A stretch of 64,000 nucleotides of DNA from Pyrinomonadaceae bacterium. Its GTDB lineage: Bacteria > Acidobacteriota > Blastocatellia > Pyrinomonadales > Pyrinomonadaceae. How positions within the stretch are numbered: the stretch's first letter is position 1; every line of letters starts with the position of its first letter. The notes under the pieces were generated by a model. That model was not told where the DNA came from and did no database searches. It saw nothing but the letters and a program-made list of their open reading frames with translations. This document shows positions 53,010 through 60,065 of the stretch, piece after piece. The stretch spans positions 95 to 64,094 of the forward strand of contig DASURS010000253.1 of NCBI GenBank assembly GCA_036279935.1. The letters run 5' to 3'. The translations under genes were made by a program, and so were the position numbers.

Positions 53010-53624
53010 ATGCTGGAATACGCGGAGCCAGTAACTAAACTCATCGACGAACTGAAACGTTTGCCTAGTATCGGGCAGAAGTCTGCGCAACGGCTTGCGT
53101 TTCACTTGATGCGTACGCCCGAGAATGATCTGGAACGGTTGATTGCGGCGATGCGCGAGGTGAAGCAGCGCATCATTCTCTGTTCAGTTTGCAACAATCT
53201 TACGGAAACTGATCCGTGCCGGTTTTGTTCGTCGCCGGCGAGGGACCATTCGGTGATCTGCGTCGTTGAAGAGCCGCACAGTCTTGTTGCGGTTGAGAAG
53301 ACGCGCAGCTTCAAGGGTGTCTACCACGTGTTGCACGGCAGCTTGTCGCCGATTCGGCACATTGGGCCAAGTGAGCTCCATCTCGCGAACCTGTTGCCGC
53401 GATTGAAGCCGGAGAACAACGAAGGCGTGGCTGTGACGGAAGTGATACTTGCGACCAACCCGACGACTGAAGGTGAAGCGACGGCGAACTACATCAGCCG
53501 CCTGCTCAAGCCGCTGGGGTTGAGAGTGACTCGGATCGCGATGGGAATGCCGGTGGGAAGCGATCTCGAATACGTTGATGAAGTGACGATGGACAAGGCG
53601 CTGTCCAACCGTCATGAGATTTAA
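53010..53624 (+). CDS. recR: recombination protein RecR
   Basis: LPSIGQKSAQRLAFHL helix-hairpin-helix, CSVCNNLTETDPCRFC zinc finger, Toprim region VVEEPHSL. Confidence 0.93.
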   Translation: MLEYAEPVTKLIDELKRLPSIGQKSAQRLAFHLMRTPENDLERLIAAMREVKQRIILCSVCNNLTETDPCRFCSSPARDHSVICVVEEPHSLVAVEKTRSFKGVYHVLHGSLSPIRHIGPSELHLANLLPRLKPENNEGVAVTEVILATNPTTEGEATANYISRLLKPLGLRVTRIAMGMPVGSDLEYVDEVTMDKALSNRHEI

Positions 53625-53630
53625 AAATAA

Positions 53631-54239
53631 TTAAAACCGGACGTGCTCGGCGGCGACGCCGTCCTTGCACTCAACACAGTCCTCATCTTCCTCGTACAAG
53701 CGAACGTCGAAATCGACCAGCGACTTGATCGGCACGTCCTCGATTTCGCTCGGCGCCGTGTTGAACCTGACGATCGTCCCGCAACCGATAATCTTCGCAC
53801 CGACTTGCTTCACAAGCTCGACGGTTTCGTCGAGCGCGTTGCCGCTGCGGACGATGTCGTCGACGATGATGCAGGGATTGACTTCGCCCTGGTTCACATA
53901 CTGGCGAAACATGCGCTCGCCTTTTTCCTGTTCCGCCCAATAAATCTGTTCCGCATTGAGCGCATCGCGAACGCCAAAAGCGACCGGTATGCCGCCCGAG
54001 CTCGGACTGATGATCGAGATTTTGGGTAACTGACTGGAGATGTCCTTTTCGAGCCGGAACTTCCGGCTGAGCGCGACCGCGAGCACGCGCGCGGTATCGT
54101 AGTAGCGAAACGCCAATGGCATTTGAAAATAGTGGGGCGAGTGCTTGCCGTTCGGGTATACGAAATGGCCCTCGCGAAACGCGCCGGTGCGCTTCAGTAT
54201 CTGCATTATGGCGTCTTGGGAAGGAATCAGCTCGACCAT
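53631..54239 (-). CDS. phosphoribosyltransferase family protein (PyrE-like type I PRTase)
   Basis: PRPP-binding loop CIIVDDIVRSGNAL. N-terminus GAFREGHFVYPNGKHSPHYF resembles orotate PRTase-like proteins. Confidence 0.7.
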   Translation of the reverse strand: MVELIPSQDAIMQILKRTGAFREGHFVYPNGKHSPHYFQMPLAFRYYDTARVLAVALSRKFRLEKDISSQLPKISIISPSSGGIPVAFGVRDALNAEQIYWAEQEKGERMFRQYVNQGEVNPCIIVDDIVRSGNALDETVELVKQVGAKIIGCGTIVRFNTAPSEIEDVPIKSLVDFDVRLYEEDEDCVECKDGVAAEHVRF

Positions 54240-54371
54240 TGGGTGCTCCAGAATTGTGTTCGATTAGCGCCGCAGAGCATACATCAATCGCGCCCTGCCG
54301 CGAAATCCGTGCCGCACGAGAATTTATTTGACATTCTTCATTTGTCATTTCTAAGATTCGAGTTCAAAACT

Positions 54372-55385
54372 ATGGCAGCTACCGACGCAACAACGGGCAA
54401 AGCGGACTCGATCGCAGCCGCAGCGGCACCCGTCCCCAAGCGAATCACGAACGCCCAAACGGTTTGCAACGAGAAGAACGAAAAGGGAAAGCTCTGTAAC
54501 GGGCACCTGAAACAGTTGCGCACCGCGGGCGAGCCGGCGGAGATTCATCTGCGCGGCGACGACGTGCTTTTCAAATGCCAGACGTGCGGGACGCTCTACA
54601 TGGGACCGCCGCTGGGTCACGTGCGCGATCCGAACAAGCAGGTTCGTTTCGTCGAGGCGGAGTTGACCGCGTTGCTGCAAGCTGCCGGCGGCACGCTGCC
54701 GGTTATCAAGAAGAACGAACGCGGCGTGTACGTGATGATCGAGACTGAGGCCGCCGGCGGCCACGGTCACGCGCCCGCGAAAGCCGCTGCGCCGGCTGCG
54801 GCGACGCCGGCTGCACCCAAACCCGCTGCACCGAAACCCGCCGCGCCGGCAGCCGCTGAGCCTGCAGCCGCCGCGCCCGCAGCGCCAAAACCGGCAGCGC
54901 CTGCCGCACCCGCTGCGCCTGCCGAACACAAGACGGCCGGCGCGAATCCGAATCGACAGTTGTTCAAGCGTTCGACGTATGCGGGCGTTGCGGACACTGG
55001 TCCAGTCGCGGGTGAGACGTTCGAACAGAAGGTCGCGCGGCTCAAAGCACTTTCAGCGGCCGCGAAGCAACGTGCGGAAGAAGGTGGTGGACCAGAGCCG
55101 GCTGCTGCAGCACCTGCACATGCCCCAGCCGCGGTCGAAACAGCACCTGCGGCTGAGCCACCGTCTGCGCCTGCCAGTCCTGCACCCGCTGCTGCTACAC
55201 CTGCACCCGCTGCAAGTGCCGGCGAACACAAACCGACCGGCAACGCGGATCGCACGTTAATGAAACGTTCAACTTATTGTGGAGTTGTTGATACCGGTCC
55301 GGTTCCCGGCGAGACTTTCGAACAGAAAGTCGCTCGACTGGCGGCCCTTTCCGCAGCCGCCAAGCAACGCTCCGAAGGCGGTTAA
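54372..55385 (+). CDS. hypothetical protein: N-terminal Cys4/His zinc-ribbon-like region, Ala/Pro low-complexity linkers, and two copies of an about 55 aa module
   Basis: Start set at MAATDATTGK (ATG 54372). CNEKNEKGKLCNGH...CQTCG. Module 1 is EHKTAGANPNRQLFKRSTYAGVADTGPVAGETFEQKVARLKALSAAAKQRAEEGG. Module 2 is EHKPTGNADRTLMKRSTYCGVVDTGPVPGETFEQKVARLAALSAAAKQRSEGG. Confidence 0.6.
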   Translation: MAATDATTGKADSIAAAAAPVPKRITNAQTVCNEKNEKGKLCNGHLKQLRTAGEPAEIHLRGDDVLFKCQTCGTLYMGPPLGHVRDPNKQVRFVEAELTALLQAAGGTLPVIKKNERGVYVMIETEAAGGHGHAPAKAAAPAAATPAAPKPAAPKPAAPAAAEPAAAAPAAPKPAAPAAPAAPAEHKTAGANPNRQLFKRSTYAGVADTGPVAGETFEQKVARLKALSAAAKQRAEEGGGPEPAAAAPAHAPAAVETAPAAEPPSAPASPAPAAATPAPAASAGEHKPTGNADRTLMKRSTYCGVVDTGPVPGETFEQKVARLAALSAAAKQRSEGG

Positions 55386-55527
55386 CCACAAAAGGCACAA
55401 AAGAAAGAACCAGTAAAAAACAAAGAACAAGTTTCCAAAGCACAAAGAACCCGATTACCTGAGCACATCTCTCTTGTGCCTTTTGTGCCTTTTGTGCCTT
55501 TTGTGTCTTTTGTGCCGTTTGTGGTTA
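55383..55527. repeat. CCACAAAAGG-family hairpin between convergent genes; both stop codons lie in the arms and the right arm has 5 word copies
   Basis: TAACCACAAAAGGCACAAAAG ... CTTGTGCCTTTTGTGCCTTTTGTGCCTTTTGTGTCTTTTGTGCCGTTTGTGGTTA. Plus-strand gene stops at TAA 55383-55385. Minus-strand gene stops at TAA (55527-55525). Confidence 0.92.
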
Positions 55528-56535
55528 GTAGCTCTCGGTCACCGTTAACCCTTCGCGCGCGATTTTCCAGTCCAAAACTTCAGCGCCTTCTTCACTCGCG
55601 AGCGCCGCTTCGACTTCAGCTCGTCTGCCCGGCGCGCAGAGAAACGCGATACATCCGCCGCCACCCGCACCACAGACTTTCGCCGCTTCCGCTCCGTTCT
55701 CCAGCGCCTTCGCGACCAGCATATCCATTTGCGGAGTCGTGATCGTCGGCGCCAACCGTTTCCGGCCGGGATACGCGTTCTTCATCGTTGCCGCGACTCT
55801 GTCCCAGTCGTCGGCAAGTAGCGCCTCGCGCATGTTGCGCGCTGAGTCGCGTATGCCGTCGAACAGTTCGAACAGCTCGGCGTCGCCGTCGATGTGACGT
55901 TTATAGATCTCCCAGTTATTGATTCCGGAGAGTCGCGGTTCGCCGGTGTAGCAGATGGCGATGCGTCGTTCGAGCTCGTCGATGTTGATGTCGAGCGCCT
56001 CTCGCTCGATTCCGTCGGGACGAAAGTGGACGCACGATACCGAGCCGTACATCGGCGGATAGTAGTCCTGAAACCCGGCCGGCACTTTGATCACTGTCGA
56101 CTCGATATTCGCAGCGATCGGAATGAACTTTCGTTCCTCGTAACGGTTTCCGACAAGTCGATTCAACGCGCCGATGCAGGCGATGGCAAGCGCCGACGAA
56201 CCGCCGAGCCCCGCGCCCGCCGGCACGTTGCTGTCGGCGACGAGATGGAAACCCGTGGTTGGTTTGAAAAAGTGGACGAGCTTCGAGATCAGCTCCAGGC
56301 GCTCTTCAAGCAGCAGGTCTTCGAGCGCGGAAAGGTGCGTTTCAAATGACACTTTGCGATCGCGTGATTCGAGCACGATGCGACCATCGTCGCGCGTCTC
56401 GATGCGGCAGCGAGCATAAAGTGAGAGTGCGAAATTAACTGTCGTAGCGCCCGGATGAAAAAGGTAAAGAGGCCAAATGTCGATCGTGCCACCCGCGAGG
56501 TCGACGCGCGGCGGTGCTGAAGACTCAATTATCAT
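55525..56535 (-). CDS. GHMP-family kinase (sugar/sugar-phosphate kinase type)
   Basis: PPRVDLAGGTIDIWP N-terminal motif and PAGAGLGGSSALAIACIGAL ATP-binding motif II. Substrate not assignable. Confidence 0.8.
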   Translation of the reverse strand: MIIESSAPPRVDLAGGTIDIWPLYLFHPGATTVNFALSLYARCRIETRDDGRIVLESRDRKVSFETHLSALEDLLLEERLELISKLVHFFKPTTGFHLVADSNVPAGAGLGGSSALAIACIGALNRLVGNRYEERKFIPIAANIESTVIKVPAGFQDYYPPMYGSVSCVHFRPDGIEREALDINIDELERRIAICYTGEPRLSGINNWEIYKRHIDGDAELFELFDGIRDSARNMREALLADDWDRVAATMKNAYPGRKRLAPTITTPQMDMLVAKALENGAEAAKVCGAGGGGCIAFLCAPGRRAEVEAALASEEGAEVLDWKIAREGLTVTESY

Positions 56536-56752
56536 TGACGATTGCCAATTGCCGATTGCCGATTGCGGCCGGCCCCATAATGTGGATTCTCAATAACGTG
56601 AGGCAAGTTAACAATTCAAACAAGCCTTTGCAATCGCCAATCAGCAATCGCCAACCAGCAACCGGGCTTCGTCAATCAGCAAATCGCCAATCAGCAACGG
56701 GGCTTCGTCGATCAGCAAATCGGCAATCGGCAATCGGCAATCGCCAATCCCG
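56534..56752. repeat. large GGCAATC-word hairpin with an internal 36-bp tandem duplication
   Basis: Left arm ATTGACGATTGCCAATTGCCGATTGCCGATTGCGG. Right side GCAATCGCCAATCAGCAATCGCC, then CAGCAACCGGGCTTCGTCAATCAGCAAATCGCCAAT / CAGCAACGGGGCTTCGTCGATCAGCAAATCGGCAAT, then CGGCAATCGGCAATCGCCAATCC. Confidence 0.9.
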
Positions 56753-57463
56753 TCATTCGCCGTCGCTTTTGCGCTCTTTGTGCTCGCCGCGTTTGAAAGG
56801 CATGTGCTCGTGCAACTCGTCGCGCAGGTCCTGGAGTTTTTCAGTCGCGGCGTGTTCGAACTCCTGTAAACGCTCCGGATCGGCTTCCTCGAATTTTCGC
56901 GAGATCCAGAAGCGCTCGGTAAGATAAAACGCAGCGATACCGACGACGACGATCACCAGCAACACTTTCCCGAGCCGCTGGAAGTCGCCGATCAGTCCCA
57001 TGACGGCGCCGCTGAAAAAGTAGCCCGCGCCGGCAAGTACGAACACCCACAGGAAACAGCTCGCAAACGAGAGCAGCAGGAAACGCAGGTACGGCATCCG
57101 CCCGACGCCGTAAAACACGCACGACGCCCAACGCAAGCCGTAAATGTACTTCGAAAGAAAAATGGAAAGCGGACCGAACTTGTTCGTCAGCCGCTCGAGT
57201 CGAGGTTTCGCCGCGCGATAAAACCGAACTTCCCTGACGCCTTCACAAAACGCGCGTCCGGCGAAGTAGGCGAGGTTGTCGCTGGCGCAACCGCCCAGAG
57301 TGCCCCACACCAAAACGCGCGCAAAGCTGTACTCACCAAAAAAGCCGCTGTGCGCCAGCACTCCGGCGATCAAAAGCGTGATGTCGCCCTCGATCATCAC
57401 GAGGATGAGCACGGCATAAAGTCCATACTGGCCTATCAGTTCGTAGAGAAAGTCGAGGTGCAT
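56753..57463 (-). CDS. DedA family (VTT/SNARE-associated domain) membrane protein
   Basis: GLYAVLILVMIEGDITLLIAGVLA ... GGCASDNLAYFAGR typical DedA N-terminal region. Confidence 0.82.
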   Translation of the reverse strand: MHLDFLYELIGQYGLYAVLILVMIEGDITLLIAGVLAHSGFFGEYSFARVLVWGTLGGCASDNLAYFAGRAFCEGVREVRFYRAAKPRLERLTNKFGPLSIFLSKYIYGLRWASCVFYGVGRMPYLRFLLLSFASCFLWVFVLAGAGYFFSGAVMGLIGDFQRLGKVLLVIVVVGIAAFYLTERFWISRKFEEADPERLQEFEHAATEKLQDLRDELHEHMPFKRGEHKERKSDGE

Positions 57464-57530
57464 CCGTTCATCCGTGCTTCAGATCGGCCGGCGGCTGACA
57501 AGAATAAACTGGAGGCCTGCTTATTGACTA

Positions 57531-57995
57531 CTATTCTGTTGCGTCCTCTTGGGGAGGTTTCACGACCAGCACGGGACACGACGCATGCCGCACGACGGAT
57601 TCGGCAGTGGAACCAAAAAGGATGCGTCCCAAACCGGTCCTGCCATGCGATGCAATGACGATCAGGTCAACTTCACGCTCTTTCGCGACGCGCACGATCT
57701 CCGAAGCCGCTTCGCCGTGAACAACCAGCTCCTCGATCTCAATGCCGGTGCATTCCTCGCATTCGGCGAGTTTCGGCAGCTCGCGCTCGGCTGAGTCTTC
57801 GAGTTGTTCGGCGATGTCGGCAATCGGCAATGGCTCCGTCATTCCTGAGTAGCCGACCGTCGGCACAATCGGCTCGATGACGTTGATGCAGATGATTGAC
57901 GCGCGAAACGTGCGGGCGAGGGACGCCGCATACGAGAGGGCATAGTTACCACATTCACTAAAATCCGTGGGTAGAAGGATGGTTCGAATGTCCAT
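57531..57995 (-). CDS. universal stress protein (UspA family)
   Basis: Start set at MDIRTILLPTDFSE (ATG 57995). C-terminal VIASHGRTGLGRILFGSTAESVVRHASCPVLVV ATP-binding motif. Confidence 0.88.
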   Translation of the reverse strand: MDIRTILLPTDFSECGNYALSYAASLARTFRASIICINVIEPIVPTVGYSGMTEPLPIADIAEQLEDSAERELPKLAECEECTGIEIEELVVHGEAASEIVRVAKEREVDLIVIASHGRTGLGRILFGSTAESVVRHASCPVLVVKPPQEDATE

Positions 57996-58007
57996 TGGGC
58001 AACCGCT

Positions 58008-58135
58008 GCTTTTGTGCTCAGTTTGGGCTTTTGTACTTAGTGCTTTGTTCTTTGTTCGCAAACTTGCCGTTCTGTTTGGCAATGGCCCGGTCGACATGCG
58101 AACAAAGTACAAAGGACAAAGCACTAAGCTCAACG
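58008..58135. repeat. ACAAAG-word hairpin located in a divergent promoter region
   Basis: GCTTTTGTGCTCAGTTTGGGCTTTTGTACTTAGTGCTTTGTTCTTTGTTCGC ... GCGAACAAAGTACAAAGGACAAAGCACTAAGC. The right arm carries one extra 7-nt word. Confidence 0.88.
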
Positions 58136-58170
58136 CAGTTCGCCGCAATTCTACTCTTAGAACCACCTGT

Positions 58171-58199
58171 TTGACAGCCTAGAGACCCTCGTCTATGCT
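58171..58199 (+). promoter_or_regulatory. sigma70 promoter candidate TTGACA-17-TATGCT upstream of the ROK kinase gene
   Basis: TTGACA 58171-58176, 17 nt spacer, TATGCT 58194-58199. The ATG is at 58241. Confidence 0.55.
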
Positions 58200-58240
58200 T
58201 CGTGCAACGCGACTGCTACCGCCCCAGACCAACTATTGCG

Positions 58241-59188
58241 ATGACGACTCCAGGGCCGAACTTCATAGGAATCAATCTTTCGGGCACCCACGTGCTCGCC
58301 GCGCTGGTCGATAACGACGGCCACGTACTTGAACGGCGCGAGACGCAAATCACGCCTGAGACGATCGTCGCGCAGTTGGCTGAACTCGCCGCGCAACTCC
58401 GTTCCGCGGGCGGACCGGTCGCGGCGATCGGCGTCGCTATTCCGGGTTTGGTCAGTCGTCAAACCGATCGCATTATTTCGGCGCGCGACCTTCCGTCGCC
58501 GCTCGTCGAGAACCTCCACTCCGAACTGATGAGCGCGACCGGCCTGCGAATCGAGATCGAAAACGACGCAAACGCCGAAGCTTACGGCGAGTACAAAGCC
58601 GGCGCGGGCGTCGGCAGCCGCAATCTTTTTTACATGATGATCGGCAAAGGCATCGGCGGCGCGATCATTCTCGACGGCAAGCTATGGACAGGCGCTTCCG
58701 GTTTCGCTGGCGAAGTCGGTCATATAACGATCGACACGGAAGGGCTCGAATGCGTTTGCGGCAACACCGGCTGTCTGGAAACTGTCGCGTCCGCGCCGAG
58801 CATCGTGCGCCGCGCGCAGGAGCGACTGCATCGCGACTCGACGTCGTCGTTGTCACGTCTCGGCTTGAACAAGAATTTCACCGCGGACGACGTCGCGCAC
58901 GCCGCAAACGAAGGCGACGATTTCGCGTTGATGATGATCGAGCGCACCGGAAAATACATCGGCACCGGCGTCGCGACGGTGATCAATCTTCTGAATATCG
59001 AGCGTATCGTGCTCGGCGGCGGCGTGATGGACGCCGGAGCGTTGATACTCAATCCGATCATTCAGGAAGTGAAGCGCCGCGCGTTTCTGCGTTGTTTCGA
59101 GGTAACTGAGATCGTCGCCGCGAAGCTCGGCGCGGACGCAGCACCGATCGGTGTCGCGTTGTTGGCGCGCGACGCTGCTCTGACTTAA
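58241..59188 (+). CDS. ROK family sugar kinase (glucokinase-like)
   Basis: IGINLSGTHVLAALVD N-terminus, ENDANAEAYGE, and the zinc motif GHITIDTEGLECVCGNTGCLET. Start set at MTTPGPNF (ATG 58241). Confidence 0.85.
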   Translation: MTTPGPNFIGINLSGTHVLAALVDNDGHVLERRETQITPETIVAQLAELAAQLRSAGGPVAAIGVAIPGLVSRQTDRIISARDLPSPLVENLHSELMSATGLRIEIENDANAEAYGEYKAGAGVGSRNLFYMMIGKGIGGAIILDGKLWTGASGFAGEVGHITIDTEGLECVCGNTGCLETVASAPSIVRRAQERLHRDSTSSLSRLGLNKNFTADDVAHAANEGDDFALMMIERTGKYIGTGVATVINLLNIERIVLGGGVMDAGALILNPIIQEVKRRAFLRCFEVTEIVAAKLGADAAPIGVALLARDAALT

Positions 59189-59378
59189 GACTTAAATCCC
59201 CTGAAAATGCCCCTTGATTCATTTGCACGCTTGTGAATTAATGTGCAATTTGAATTCTGCGAGTTATTTGGTAAAGTAACGCGCACGTTTGCAATAACAC
59301 CATTTTAGTTCGAAAGGTTTGTGGGCTGTTGTGTCTGCCAGAGTATCGGTGTGACGTGCCCTCACGAACTCGGCGGTA

Positions 59379-60047
59379 ATGCCACAGATCTTCCATCACA
59401 GCACCAACGCGCTGGCGAAAATCACGATTTATGGCGCCGTTTTCATTGCTGTTGCGCTGTTGTGGGTCGCAGTCGAGCTGAATCGATCCTCCTGGAACAC
59501 AGGACAGTGGGTCGAAAGACAGCAACCGGTACAGTTCAGTCACAAACACCATACGGGCGACGACGGCATCGATTGCCGTTACTGCCATACATCCGTTGAA
59601 GATTCCGCGTCCGCGGGAATGCCGTCGACCAGCGTCTGCATGAACTGTCACAAGCAGATCTGGGCCGACAGTCCTTATCTCGAACCGGTGCGCGCGAGTT
59701 TTCGCAGCGGCAAGCCAATCGAATGGATCCGCGTACACGACCTGCCTGATTACGCTTACTTCAATCACAGCATTCACGTGAAGAAAGGCGTCGGTTGTTC
59801 GACTTGCCATGGACGAGTCGACGAACAGCCGATCATGTATCAGGCGGCGACGCTACAGATGGAGTGGTGTTTAGCGTGCCACCGCGCGCCCGAAAGATTT
59901 TTGCGGCCCGTGGACAAGATTTTCGATATGACGTGGCGGCCCGAAAACAAAGGCGCGGAGCAACTGGCCGAGGGGACGAAGCTCAAAGCCGAGTATCGCG
60001 TCCAGGGACGGAAGATTTTAGAAAGCTGTTCGACTTGTCATCGTTAG
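59379..60047 (+). CDS. actA: Alternative Complex III subunit ActA (pentahaem c-type cytochrome, membrane anchored)
   Basis: N-terminal TM helix. Five CXXCH motifs (CRYCH, CMNCH, CSTCH, CLACH, CSTCH). Followed by ActB/ActC-type genes. Confidence 0.85.
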   Translation: MPQIFHHSTNALAKITIYGAVFIAVALLWVAVELNRSSWNTGQWVERQQPVQFSHKHHTGDDGIDCRYCHTSVEDSASAGMPSTSVCMNCHKQIWADSPYLEPVRASFRSGKPIEWIRVHDLPDYAYFNHSIHVKKGVGCSTCHGRVDEQPIMYQAATLQMEWCLACHRAPERFLRPVDKIFDMTWRPENKGAEQLAEGTKLKAEYRVQGRKILESCSTCHR

Positions 60048-60065
60048 GAATTTAGAAGTGCGGAA

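Noticed and set aside
55383-56752. Possible CRISPR arrays, suggested by short repeated units in intergenic DNA (55383-55527, 56534-56752, 8564-8703).
   Set aside because: The repeat units are only 7-9 nt and directly tandem, with no unique spacers of 25-40 nt. The two halves of each locus are reverse complements of each other (hairpins). No cas genes are present in the window.
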